From positions 1-62,483 of the IMG/VR virus record IMGVR_UViG_3300032247_001517: 62,483 bases of DNA; one strand, given 5' to 3'. Numbering within the stretch: the first letter of the stretch is position 1; the number at the start of each line of letters is the position of its first letter. Positions 29,048 through 38,551 of this stretch are shown here, piece after piece. The stretch comes from a virus (Duplodnaviria; Caudoviricetes). The position numbers and the translations under genes were made by a program. The notes beneath the pieces are model-generated. The model was given only the letters and a program-made list of their open reading frames with translations. It did not search any database and was not told the origin of the DNA.

Positions 29048-29268
29048 TACAGCACACCGAGCTCAAGGGCAGCAATGTCATCGTGGACATGCCGCAAGAC
29101 AGCTTTGCTGTAAGCATGCTGGAGCAACACCTGCAGCTGAACTATCCCAAGGCACACATACAGGACTTGGCATACCAGATGCAGTGGAAAACCAGTTCAG
29201 TAAGGCTTGAGATCGCATTTAATAATCAGGAAGACGCTATACATTTCCATCTCAGTCACAGTGATTAG
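29005..29268 (+). CDS. Hypothetical protein (start uncertain, perhaps 29044)
   Basis: Ends FNNQEDAIHFHL, resembling the DKDDAILFMF segment of 18228..18530. Confidence 0.55.
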   Translation: MGRHMGSEVHRQGLIQHTELKGSNVIVDMPQDSFAVSMLEQHLQLNYPKAHIQDLAYQMQWKTSSVRLEIAFNNQEDAIHFHLSHSD

Positions 29269-29277
29269 GAGACACAC

Positions 29278-29487
29278 ATGAACGCACAGCAACTAGGACG
29301 CGAAATGATGAGCCGCAGCGGCGATATCAAAGACGATCGCCAGAGCTGCGATTGGGCTAGGATTGGTCAGGTATTAACCATGTTAGGTACGCCAAAGATG
29401 CCAAAATCCTTTCGAGAAATGAATCCAGAAGACAAAAAGATCGTAGCCGAAGCCATTAGATCTCTGCAGGAGAGAATTGCACAATAA
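29278..29487 (+). CDS. Hypothetical protein
   Basis: AGGAG RBS. Confidence 0.7.
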   Translation: MNAQQLGREMMSRSGDIKDDRQSCDWARIGQVLTMLGTPKMPKSFREMNPEDKKIVAEAIRSLQERIAQ

Positions 29488-29542
29488 TAGTTTAATTTAT
29501 AAATAGACTTGCTTATCCAATTGCAGAAGAGAGTGGCCTACC

Positions 29543-29722
29543 GTGAAGTTCAAGACTCTGTGCATACCGATAATATCCTTTGGTATTTTCTTGTTAGCGG
29601 GTGCCGTTGGCATGTTCTGCGAAACCATACATAATGATCTAGCTGTAAGCACCACTGCATTCCTGACCAGCTTTACTGCATTATCAGGAGTGGGATTCCA
29701 CTTATATAATAGCCTAGTGTGA
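29543..29722 (+). CDS. 59-aa two-helix membrane protein absent from the ORF track
   Basis: GTG..TGA ORF MKFKTLCIPIISFGIFLLAGAVGMFCETIHNDLAVSTTAFLTSFTALSGVGFHLYNSLV behind TATAAATA (29498-29505). Confidence 0.5.
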   Translation: MKFKTLCIPIISFGIFLLAGAVGMFCETIHNDLAVSTTAFLTSFTALSGVGFHLYNSLV

Positions 29723-29795
29723 TTTTCATCATAATTATTTGATATCAGAAAAGGTTCACGACATAATACTGTGATACCTTATATCAAGGAGACAG

Positions 29796-30029
29796 ATGAT
29801 GAATGATCAGGCAACAGAGGCATCTCAGCCACAAGATTCTACAATTACTCTAGCAGATCTACAAAATGTGCTAGTGGTCATGGACCTAGCCAGCAGCCGC
29901 GGAGCATTTCGTGGTCCAGAACTAGAGCCGGTCGGTCAGCTTTACAACAAGTTTAAGAAGTTTGTTGATGCAGCTGCTGCCCAGCAGTCAGCGGCAGAAC
30001 AACCAGCATCAGAGGCCAACAATGGCTGA
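29796..30029 (+). CDS. Hypothetical phage protein
   Basis: AAGGAG RBS; DLASSRGAFRGPEL motif. Confidence 0.75.
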   Translation: MMNDQATEASQPQDSTITLADLQNVLVVMDLASSRGAFRGPELEPVGQLYNKFKKFVDAAAAQQSAAEQPASEANNG

Positions 30030-30726
30030 AATGTTGAAACACATCGGACAGCTTGAGAACACTGGTAAAGCTGTTGTAGTAGTCTTTATGAGCCTACCGG
30101 GCGACGAAGATAATGCGTTGGTTATTGACACAGACGCATTGCCAGATCAGTATAACGAAGCACTGCGACGCATAGTAGAGAGCGTTGAAGGACAGCAAAG
30201 CAAGGACCTTGCTGACATATTAGGTCGTCGTCCTGCTCCAGATGGCTCAAGCATGACCATGTTGCAGAAGCTGCATGCTAGCCAGCGATTGATGAAGGTG
30301 CCAGTTGATTTGGTACACATGACTCCAAAGCGTGGCATGAAATTCCCGCTGCGCCAGATTCTCGAAGCAATGACACAGGTTGACTCTGAGACTCCTATTG
30401 AGCTTGAGGATCTAGATCCTCAAACCCGCGCACAGGTCATCGCAGAGATGGGCAAGTTCAACGTGCATCAGAGCAACATGGAAGGCACCACTGCTGACGG
30501 CAAGGCACAGGAAGCACGCGATCTGATACGCATGGCAGAGATGTTGGAAGCAGATGCTACTGCACGCCGCGCACAGGCATATGCTATCGACCCAACACTT
30601 AATCCTAACCATAAGGCTCAGATGGCTGCTAAGCAGGAAACTGCGATACGCAACGTGACCAACAGGAATGCCAAAGCTGCAGCCGCCAAGAAGACAACAG
30701 CCAAGAAGACTGCTGCTAAGAAGTAA
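30022..30726 (+). CDS. Hypothetical protein with Ala/Lys-rich histone-like tail
   Basis: Likely start MAEMLKH; tail AAAKKTTAKKTAAKK. Confidence 0.78.
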   Translation: MAEMLKHIGQLENTGKAVVVVFMSLPGDEDNALVIDTDALPDQYNEALRRIVESVEGQQSKDLADILGRRPAPDGSSMTMLQKLHASQRLMKVPVDLVHMTPKRGMKFPLRQILEAMTQVDSETPIELEDLDPQTRAQVIAEMGKFNVHQSNMEGTTADGKAQEARDLIRMAEMLEADATARRAQAYAIDPTLNPNHKAQMAAKQETAIRNVTNRNAKAAAAKKTTAKKTAAKK

Positions 30727-30747
30727 TCCAAACTGGCACTTAGATAC

Positions 30748-30777
30748 AAAAAAAGGACGGAGCAATCCGTCCTTTTT
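30748..30777. terminator. Bidirectional intrinsic terminator
   Basis: A-run, GGACGGA-GCAA-TCCGTCC hairpin, T-run, between convergent blocks. Confidence 0.9.
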
Positions 30778-30800
30778 CATTATCAGTATGCTCACGTCTG

Positions 30801-31817
30801 TTAGTGCATGCTCTTGAGCATACCATGCGAATGCTTGGTAGTTCGCAGCAGAGCTAGGCTGGTATTTACATCACCTCTGAAGCAGCCAATGCTGTAGGGA
30901 TATTCGTTGTTCAGCACGTAATGATAGATCTTGGTCAGCTTGCCTTCCCACATGACCTTGCTGATCATGCCATGACATTCATCAAGCTGTGCATTGGTTA
31001 TCATCTTGCCATCTTCACCGCGTGGGCCATAGATGCCAAATCCATCCAAAGCGTACCCAACCAGCGGGCTCGGTCCTGTGGTACCCTGGTTGGGGAAGCA
31101 CTTCCATGAATAGCTGTGTATGTGATACTGCTGGCTGTAGGGATGTCCAAAGCAGTCATCTAATGGTAGGATTGACAGTGGGTTGTACCAAGCTGTGCTG
31201 CTGGCATTGGCTACCTCAACATGCCATACCGTGCCAGTGAGTGCAACTCCCGTGACCAGTGAATCAATGGGATGTGGTATCTTGCGGTATCGCGGATGCA
31301 GAGGTACCATCACGTCAAGATTGTATGGGCTCACACCGATTGCAGCAGCGCTGCTGTAATCCGATCCTGGTATGCCAGTCCTGGGATCGTGTCCAGCAGG
31401 TGCAGCAGAATAATAGCTGTATGCAGCCGTGCCCTGTTCAACTGGGAACTTGCCCATGGGAGTGCTGGGGAGACCGTTGCCTTTGAAATAGCGATAGTGC
31501 GCATCCTTGGTCACTGCAAACACGCTGCCAGCAGGGTCAATGTCCTTGGCATATACCGTGCCGCTGACGTAGGGCACTTTGTTGAGCACTATGGTGTTGT
31601 TGCTGGAATCCATCCAGGATTCTGTGCTGGTCTTTAACTTGGTTTGAGGACCACCCATCACAGCTTCAAACAGCAGTCCCAGAAAGATGCCGTCACGCTG
31701 TGCCACGTAAGGATTCAAATCAGCAGCACTGTTCTTCAATGTAGTCACTTCGTCAGCATGTGCCGGGCCTATAAACATAAGGGCCAGCAGTGCTGCCATG
31801 GTTACAATCTTATTCAT
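30801..31817 (-). CDS. Secreted YHYH-domain protein
   Basis: Signal peptide (..GPAHA-D), LDDCFGHP, YHIH, GYALDGFGIYG, LDECHG, YHYV. Confidence 0.85.
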   Translation of the reverse strand: MNKIVTMAALLALMFIGPAHADEVTTLKNSAADLNPYVAQRDGIFLGLLFEAVMGGPQTKLKTSTESWMDSSNNTIVLNKVPYVSGTVYAKDIDPAGSVFAVTKDAHYRYFKGNGLPSTPMGKFPVEQGTAAYSYYSAAPAGHDPRTGIPGSDYSSAAAIGVSPYNLDVMVPLHPRYRKIPHPIDSLVTGVALTGTVWHVEVANASSTAWYNPLSILPLDDCFGHPYSQQYHIHSYSWKCFPNQGTTGPSPLVGYALDGFGIYGPRGEDGKMITNAQLDECHGMISKVMWEGKLTKIYHYVLNNEYPYSIGCFRGDVNTSLALLRTTKHSHGMLKSMH

Positions 31818-32199
31818 TGTCTGTTCCTTTGAGTTTCATCTCTTCGCGTATCTTGGTGGCAGATATGGCATGGATTTCTTCGTCAAACACTTCCTGCTCG
31901 ATCTTGTAACCCACATCACGCCCATATGTGATATTTACTATGTTGGGCATCAGCATGACCACGTACTCGTCACCGTGCATGTAACCCTTCTTGCCCAGCT
32001 CAGTGATGATTCTGTCGCGTACCACATCATAGTAGAACGGATTGTTTTCGTCTGTGCCACCTGTGTCTCTGACCATGATGGCAACCTGTCCGGTCTTGGC
32101 CACTGCTCGCTCAAACAGCGCAAAGTGTCCATCATGCCAAGGTTGCCAGCGACCTAAGAGTTGTACAGTTGGCTTGTTGTTTTCCCATTTTTTTCTCAT
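31810..32199 (-). CDS. Cytidylyltransferase-like (HxGH) nucleotidyltransferase
   Basis: LGRWQPWHDGH, NPF, YGRDVGY, ISATKIR. Confidence 0.85.
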   Translation of the reverse strand: MRKKWENNKPTVQLLGRWQPWHDGHFALFERAVAKTGQVAIMVRDTGGTDENNPFYYDVVRDRIITELGKKGYMHGDEYVVMLMPNIVNITYGRDVGYKIEQEVFDEEIHAISATKIREEMKLKGTDNE

Positions 32200-32678
32200 C
32201 AGCCGTTCCTCAATCCAAATAACATTGCCTTGATCCAGCTAGGCTTCTCGTCGAGATCCAGCTGCTCCCAGATGTACTTGGCCCAAAACTCGCAGTCTTG
32301 CGTGTCAACGCGATAGGCATATTGCCCCGGTTCAGGTGGCACAAACATCTTGTTGGTGTCTGCGAAACGTCCTTCCTTGATGGTGTCAACCCAGATCACA
32401 GTAGCTGGTCCAAACGCAGCACGGGTATCTGGTATTGGGCACACGAAATCTGCTATGGCCCAGTGCCCTGCTTCCACTGCTTTGTCGCTGAGCCAACCCA
32501 TGCGGCGTGCTTGCTCTATCCTATCAGCCTCGCTAAATCCAAGGTCCTTGTTGATCTGTGCACGCACATCATCTGCGTTCCAATGCACTGCCTTGAGCTT
32601 GGTCTTAAGTGCCCTGGCCAACATGGTCTTGCCGCTACCGGGCAGGCCCATGATCAGTATCTTCTTGTTAGGCGTCAT
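32199..32678 (-). CDS. Adenylylsulfate kinase-like P-loop kinase
   Basis: GLPGSGKT, NADDVR, DLGFSEADRIEQARR, DFVCP. Confidence 0.85.
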   Translation of the reverse strand: MTPNKKILIMGLPGSGKTMLARALKTKLKAVHWNADDVRAQINKDLGFSEADRIEQARRMGWLSDKAVEAGHWAIADFVCPIPDTRAAFGPATVIWVDTIKEGRFADTNKMFVPPEPGQYAYRVDTQDCEFWAKYIWEQLDLDEKPSWIKAMLFGLRNG

Positions 32679-33324
32679 CTGTGTCTCCTAGCATAGGGAA
32701 TTGTTCTTGTATAATTGCCCAACAAGCATCTGCTATCTCGCGATGCTCTTTCTGGGTACCGTTGGCACGGCGTAGGTCACAATAGTGTACCCAGCTGCGA
32801 AGGCTGCCTGCCATGTAGATCCTGCTTTCAGTGAGACCTTCTGGCAGCAGTGCGCGGGCCTGTTCCTTGGCAATGCCCATATTAATTGCCTTAGCATATT
32901 GGCGCTTGGCATCTTCTATGGCCATAGCCTGCATGCCAGTCCACAGCTGTTGTAGTTCAGCATCATTGATCTCGATGCTGTTCTGACGGTTCTTGGCATC
33001 CTGTAAGCGTGCCTCTCTGGTAACGAATCCCAGAGCTTGTGTTGGATCAGCATAGCGCTGGCTAAACTCTTGAAAGCTGAAGCTGCGATGGCGCAGTATC
33101 TGCCGCGCTATGTCTCTGGTGGTGTTGATCTCCATGGTCATGTGGACCATCTCTAGAGGAGACCAATGTGCGTTGTTGATGAGGTATCGTATCAGCTTGG
33201 CGCTGGTACCGTGATTGTTTTGGTTGGCAGGGTTTGATACCCTAGCACAGTATGCCACCAGCTCTTCAGCTGAACTGCATTCTTCAATAGTAGGTTTTGA
33301 TATGGCTACAAGTCTTGCTGTCAT
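32668..33324 (-). CDS. thyX: FAD-dependent thymidylate synthase
   Basis: HWSPLE, RQILRHRSFSFQEFSQRY, EQARALLP. Confidence 0.96.
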   Translation of the reverse strand: MTARLVAISKPTIEECSSAEELVAYCARVSNPANQNNHGTSAKLIRYLINNAHWSPLEMVHMTMEINTTRDIARQILRHRSFSFQEFSQRYADPTQALGFVTREARLQDAKNRQNSIEINDAELQQLWTGMQAMAIEDAKRQYAKAINMGIAKEQARALLPEGLTESRIYMAGSLRSWVHYCDLRRANGTQKEHREIADACWAIIQEQFPMLGDTDDA

Positions 33325-33365
33325 GCAATATTGTTGCCTAACACGCCAACCTAATCAATATACGT

Positions 33366-33743
33366 TCACTGAGATTTCTTAGATCTAGGTGATTTTCGTT
33401 TTTTCTTGCCCTGTTTGGCTATCATCTTGAACTGATCTGCGGTGTTTAGATTATCAAATAATCCAGCTGCCCATGCATCAACGTCGGCTCTTAATCTAGG
33501 AAAATTGATGCTCATCCTGCAGCTGCGTATTTCACTTTGCTCAGGATCAAGTTCTCTTTCTTGTTCTATTATCTCAGCAAAATGCTTGCCGCTGACCTTG
33601 ATCACGCTGCCGTCTTTGGTCTGTATGATAACATTCTTTATGTAACGAGTGGGCGGCTCGTTCTCTATTATTAAGCTTTCAAATATCTCTTCCCACGCAG
33701 TATCGTCCGCTTTATCAATTATCTTCTTAGGAGAAGCTGCCAT
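33366..33743 (-). CDS. Hypothetical protein with basic C-terminus
   Basis: Likely start MAASPKK, downstream of a TAAATA at 33773-33778. Confidence 0.7.
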   Translation of the reverse strand: MAASPKKIIDKADDTAWEEIFESLIIENEPPTRYIKNVIIQTKDGSVIKVSGKHFAEIIEQERELDPEQSEIRSCRMSINFPRLRADVDAWAAGLFDNLNTADQFKMIAKQGKKKRKSPRSKKSQ

Positions 33744-33814
33744 TACCGTGATCCCTTGCGAACTCACACTACTATTTATTGTGCCAGGCATTCCAAAATG
33801 CATCAGTATATCTC

Positions 33815-35212
33815 CTAATCTAACAGCGCACTCATCTCAGGAAACACTGATTTGAAATCTAAGTTACGATGTTTATCTAACAGCATTACCCATTCCTTGA
33901 GTTCAGGTAAACGTTCGCTCCAGTCTTCTTGATCCATGAAATCCAGTAGTCCGCGCAGACGTTTGATGCCGTAACCAGCATTTATGATCTGCTTCTTGTC
34001 CATATCTTCGCCTACTCCAGTGCACAGCTGCCAGTTATCCTCCAACCACAGGAAGAATTCTTCAAACTTGGCTCGCACCATCTGTTTGGCCCACTTGGGC
34101 AGCACCTTGACGTTAAGCTGCGGTGGCCAGTAGGCCAGATGCCAGTTGATCATCCCAGCACCAGCAGGCCATGTGTTGAACTTCTTGAATCCCTGCGTGA
34201 GCTTCCACTTGATCATGTCTGGTATGTAGTAGATGTTCAATGCCATCACCGTTACTGCGGTGGTAACCGTCACGTGATCTGGTGTGTTGTCCAAGCGATG
34301 CATGTTTTCTACCAACTGCGCCCATTGGCTAGGATAGCGGATGTAATCATTCTTTTCACCAAAGCTGTCTATGCTGAAGTGGAACTTAACTTCTCTGAAC
34401 TGAGCCCAGATATCGAACAAGCGCTGCGGAAGTTCAACTGCATTGCTGTTGTAGCGCAGCTCGATGTTCTTGGCATATCCTCTGCGTATGACTTCTTCAA
34501 GCAGGGTGTAATGTTCTTCGATGATGGTGCTTTCACCACCAGCAAAGTACAGCTGCTTCATGTGCGGTATCTGATCGTATAGCTGTTCCCAGAACCTAGG
34601 ATTTTCCATGTGCCAGTTGTAGCTGGCACCGTGCTGCTTGCCCTTGTCTGCCCAGTTCCAACTCTCGCGAAGCCTGTCATTGGTTATCTGAGGATGCAGC
34701 TCTGTCCACTCCTTGATCCAACCGCTGCTGTCATGCGGGCTGCACATCACGCAGGCCAACTGGCACTTGCTGCCCAATCTTAGATCGAGATAGCGTATGC
34801 GCGGACTGACAGCGCCATCTTCGGTGGTATCACCTATGATATCATCTAGCCCCAGCTGTCCAACCCAGTATGCTGTTTCCCAGTTGCGCTTGCTCTGCAC
34901 TCCGGCTGCTTCTTCTTTGTAGCACTTGACACAGCTCGGTGGCTTTTCGCCGCGCAACATCATCTTGCGCACGTTGCGCATGTAATCATTGTTCCATGCA
35001 TCCATCAGCGTGCTGTTGTTAAGGTTAGCCGGTGTGCCGTCGTCAGTGCGCAGCACACCAATCTGTCCGCCGGCTAGTTTCTTGGTGCTGTCAGGGTCTT
35101 GTACGCTGCTGGCATTGGCTGTGCAGCAAACACGCATGGCACCGTCTGGTCTGCTGCTGAGATGCACCCAGGGTAGGGCGCAGAATGTCTTGCTGGGTAA
35201 TTCTTGAGTCAT
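33815..35212 (-). CDS. Radical SAM protein with N-terminal Twitch/SPASM-like domain
   Basis: CALPW...RVCC...CVKC precedes CQLACVMC and YFAGGE; ATGA coupling gives start 35212. Confidence 0.88.
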   Translation of the reverse strand: MTQELPSKTFCALPWVHLSSRPDGAMRVCCTANASSVQDPDSTKKLAGGQIGVLRTDDGTPANLNNSTLMDAWNNDYMRNVRKMMLRGEKPPSCVKCYKEEAAGVQSKRNWETAYWVGQLGLDDIIGDTTEDGAVSPRIRYLDLRLGSKCQLACVMCSPHDSSGWIKEWTELHPQITNDRLRESWNWADKGKQHGASYNWHMENPRFWEQLYDQIPHMKQLYFAGGESTIIEEHYTLLEEVIRRGYAKNIELRYNSNAVELPQRLFDIWAQFREVKFHFSIDSFGEKNDYIRYPSQWAQLVENMHRLDNTPDHVTVTTAVTVMALNIYYIPDMIKWKLTQGFKKFNTWPAGAGMINWHLAYWPPQLNVKVLPKWAKQMVRAKFEEFFLWLEDNWQLCTGVGEDMDKKQIINAGYGIKRLRGLLDFMDQEDWSERLPELKEWVMLLDKHRNLDFKSVFPEMSALLD

Positions 35213-36312
35213 ATGGTATTTACTGCATTGTTGAATTGGCTGGCAAACTGATCGAATCCAGATCCGCAGGTTTTGGCACATACACGCAGTTTGCCATCAG
35301 TGATGCTGGGTTTGGACCAACTGTCAGCTATCTTCTTGAAATATAACCCGTTTATAATTGATTCCAGTGGGTTTACAAGCGCATTGACGTTGTTGATATC
35401 GTGATCTATCAGTGTCCACATCTCGCTCTTCTTGTGCGGCCAATACCATACATACAGCTGATTAGCAGTCCAGCAGCAGGGGAAAGCCAGCCCTTCTGCA
35501 CTGATATAGAGGCTCTTGTCTTCGGCTACCTTGCATTTCACGCAGGTCTGGTCAACATAGTGTTGCATGCTGCCAAACTGTTCAACCAGCGCCTGTTCTT
35601 TCACCAAGCTGTCATTGTGATATTCCGGATTTTCTGGCTTTTCTAAATAATACTCAACCATGCCATTGCGACTCCAGACTTCTTGTCTGTCCTTGCCTTC
35701 AAGCTTGGTATTGCTGAAGAACCTCCCAGTCTTCTTTGTGCGAAACTGACGGAATCCCATCTTCTCGCTCAGAGCTCTGGCTTCCTCAACCTGATGCTCA
35801 TTGTGTTTGAACACTATGAATTCCCACTGTGCGATACCGCCCGCATCTATGAATGCCTGTATGTTCTCAACAATCTTGTCCCAGTTGGTACCACGGCGAT
35901 AGATGTGGTTGGTATCAGCCAGGCCATCCAATCCAAACTTGGCATAGTCACCTTTCTTGCTGAGTATCTTGCCCAGCTTGGCCCACCATGCAGGAGTGCG
36001 AGCACTTGCATTAGTGTGCATGCCCAGCTTGATATCTGGATTGATCTCACGCAGCCATTCATAGACTTCTAGAGTATCGTTAGCTGCGATAGGATCACCA
36101 TAGTTGCCGCACATGTACAGCTTCTTGAGCTGCTTCACGAACTGTTCTGGCATGATGCGCTGTATGTCCTCAAGGCTTAGTTCTGTCTGCGGCAAGAACT
36201 CGTTATCTGGTCCGCCAAACTTATTGCGTCCGCATTGTGGGCAGCTGGCGTTGCACTTGGCAGTTATTTCCAAGTGTATGGTGTTTATGTCTGCGTAATC
36301 ATATATCATCAT
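35209..36312 (-). CDS. Radical SAM protein with C-terminal Twitch/SPASM domain
   Basis: CNASCPQC, GNYGDP, HTNAS, FPCCW, CAKTC. Confidence 0.9.
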   Translation of the reverse strand: MMIYDYADINTIHLEITAKCNASCPQCGRNKFGGPDNEFLPQTELSLEDIQRIMPEQFVKQLKKLYMCGNYGDPIAANDTLEVYEWLREINPDIKLGMHTNASARTPAWWAKLGKILSKKGDYAKFGLDGLADTNHIYRRGTNWDKIVENIQAFIDAGGIAQWEFIVFKHNEHQVEEARALSEKMGFRQFRTKKTGRFFSNTKLEGKDRQEVWSRNGMVEYYLEKPENPEYHNDSLVKEQALVEQFGSMQHYVDQTCVKCKVAEDKSLYISAEGLAFPCCWTANQLYVWYWPHKKSEMWTLIDHDINNVNALVNPLESIINGLYFKKIADSWSKPSITDGKLRVCAKTCGSGFDQFASQFNNAVNTI

Positions 36313-36545
36313 TGATCATCCATCAGTAGCACAACTTCAGTGCCAGGACCCACACGGCTAGGAAGGTCACCGTACTGTTCAATATACCAAGTTATGACTG
36401 TTCGATACCAAGCATGGCTGTCGTGATATGCTGCCTTATTAAATCGAACCAGATCATGATTACCAAATCCTTCGCCTGCACTCAAAACTCTGGCTGCTTC
36501 TTTCTGCAACTGTCTGGCCGTTAGCGAACTTAAATCCTTGGTCAT
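36309..36545 (-). CDS. Small hypothetical protein
   Basis: Coupled by ATGA overlaps at both ends. Confidence 0.7.
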   Translation of the reverse strand: MTKDLSSLTARQLQKEAARVLSAGEGFGNHDLVRFNKAAYHDSHAWYRTVITWYIEQYGDLPSRVGPGTEVVLLMDDQ

Positions 36546-38551
36546 TTTCTTCCTATCAACATGAATCTCGTGTAAAGTGTAAGGTCAAGTTCACCTTCAT
36601 ACAGCAATTCGGACATGGGATACTTCAACTTAAAGGCACCTATATCTGGCATGCTGTTGTTGTGCTGATCATTCTCATACCAATCGTTGTTCTGTAATAT
36701 CACCAGTTTACCCTGCGATATGTTATTCCACCAGGTATCGTCTGAGCCCATGTGATCACAACTGGTATTGATTATCGTGTCAGCAGATTCCCAGACATTC
36801 TGTTCCGTCCCATCGTATTTCAACGTAACATAATCAAAATTATCATATTGCATGCTATTAACATCCAGAGTAGATGCTTTGAAAGCCCAACCATCTTTCA
36901 CGCTTGCACGGTTTAAACTATCAGCTAGATTAGCACAAGCAGGATCTACATCAAAGCTACGAACGCAATCTATGCCTAGATTACTTTGTTCTCTCAGCAG
37001 TAACCAACCAAGCGTACCTATCCAACCACACAGTGTCCAAGTACGACCTAGCTTGAGTTCCAGAGATGCTAACTTGTTTATCAACCATAGTTTGCTAGAA
37101 AGCTGTCCTCGACTAAACGCATCAAATACGTTTACGCTGGTACCAACTGCCGAATCTACAAGATTGAAATAGGTCTTAATGAAGTGTTCTCGATCAGTAA
37201 CAATGTCCCAGAATCGATGAAAAACATTCATGTGTTCAGGATCATCGCGCAAGCGAGCTAGTAGCGTAGGCGACCATGACATCAGCTGTGAGATTGATTG
37301 TAGCTCAGTTGGTCGAAGAGTGAGCAAGAATGAAAGTATGGTTGTGTCTTTGGCCATGAGAACCAGCATTGGTTTTGACCATGACATGATAGCATTAAAA
37401 TGAGTCATATCATTTAGTGACAGTTTAGCCAAGACATTATCGATCAATCTATGATCTATTAACAGTGTTTTGAGATGAGGCATCTTACCATGTATTGCAT
37501 CACCTAGCCAAGACAGCATGCTATTAAATTGCGCTGTTTCCTGCTCAGTAAACTTATTAAGAGTCTGTAACATAGATTGATTGGCCAGCAATGCTATCAA
37601 GGCATCGCTAAATTTCAGCACAGCTTTCAGTAGATTCAATTGGTCGTCGTCGCAGCGATGCAACAATGACGATATATCATGCCTAGCTGCGATCGACAGC
37701 ATGCTCGGTGTCCAATCAAACACCATAGCAAGATCAGATAATTCTCCACTGGTAAGTTTGGCTAACATATTCAGGAATTTAGCATCAGCTGTTAGGGTCA
37801 GCAGCGCAGGTGTCCACTCGGTCACTCGCTTGAATTCCTGCAGTTCAGCCGGAGTGAGCTTAGCCAGCATACCTATAGCACCAGTTGAGCTAACCAGAGA
37901 TAGCATGGCCGGTGTCCACTCGGTCACTCGCTTGAATTCCTGCAGTTCAGCCGGAGTGAACTTGGCTAGCATACCTATAGCACCAGTTGAGCTAACCAGA
38001 GATAGCATGGCCGGTGTCCATGACATCACAGATCTTAACTGCGTTAATTCATTGTCGGTCAACTTGGCTAGAAGATCAATAGCATTAAACTCGGCACACA
38101 GTGATCTAAGCGCAGCTGTCCATCCTATGCAGCCAATAAAAGAAACACGATCGTTGCTGGTCATCTTTGCTAGTGCACCAAACAGATCAACCGATACTGC
38201 CAGAGCGGTCATAGCCGGAGTCCATGCTGCTAAATCTTTGAAGCAGGATAATTCATCATCAGTGAGTTTGGCCATGAATGCATGCATGATATCACTGCGA
38301 ACAAAATGATTCAATAGCGCATCCGAACAATTAGTAAGCTGTGAAAGACAAGCTAGCTCTGTGTCAGTAAATCTAGACAGTTCTGTGATTATCTCTGGAT
38401 GATTGGTTATGAGAGATACCAATCCCTCTGACCATTTTGAGATCTCTGCAAAAGCTTTCTGCTCATCTGGTGTTAGCTTTAGAATGAATGATAATAGCTG
38501 CGGTTTAGTAGACAAGCGTAACAGCAGTTCTTTATCTGTGATATATAACAT
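36542..38551 (-). CDS. Helical-repeat protein with C-terminal methyltransferase-like Rossmann domain
   Basis: ~34-aa repeats then DAFSRGQLSSKLWL, LCGWIG, RSFDVDP, INTSCDH; likely start 38551 (TGATG overlap). Confidence 0.75.
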   Translation of the reverse strand: MLYITDKELLLRLSTKPQLLSFILKLTPDEQKAFAEISKWSEGLVSLITNHPEIITELSRFTDTELACLSQLTNCSDALLNHFVRSDIMHAFMAKLTDDELSCFKDLAAWTPAMTALAVSVDLFGALAKMTSNDRVSFIGCIGWTAALRSLCAEFNAIDLLAKLTDNELTQLRSVMSWTPAMLSLVSSTGAIGMLAKFTPAELQEFKRVTEWTPAMLSLVSSTGAIGMLAKLTPAELQEFKRVTEWTPALLTLTADAKFLNMLAKLTSGELSDLAMVFDWTPSMLSIAARHDISSLLHRCDDDQLNLLKAVLKFSDALIALLANQSMLQTLNKFTEQETAQFNSMLSWLGDAIHGKMPHLKTLLIDHRLIDNVLAKLSLNDMTHFNAIMSWSKPMLVLMAKDTTILSFLLTLRPTELQSISQLMSWSPTLLARLRDDPEHMNVFHRFWDIVTDREHFIKTYFNLVDSAVGTSVNVFDAFSRGQLSSKLWLINKLASLELKLGRTWTLCGWIGTLGWLLLREQSNLGIDCVRSFDVDPACANLADSLNRASVKDGWAFKASTLDVNSMQYDNFDYVTLKYDGTEQNVWESADTIINTSCDHMGSDDTWWNNISQGKLVILQNNDWYENDQHNNSMPDIGAFKLKYPMSELLYEGELDLTLYTRFMLIGRK
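37809..38020. repeat. Near-perfect 102-bp tandem duplication (34 codons)
   Basis: ggtgtcca anchors at 37809, 37911 and 38013; about 3 mismatches between copies. Confidence 0.92.

Noticed and set aside
37809-38020. 102-bp repeat as DGR template/variable region
   Set aside because: Tandem and in-frame, only about three mismatches, and no reverse transcriptase in the window
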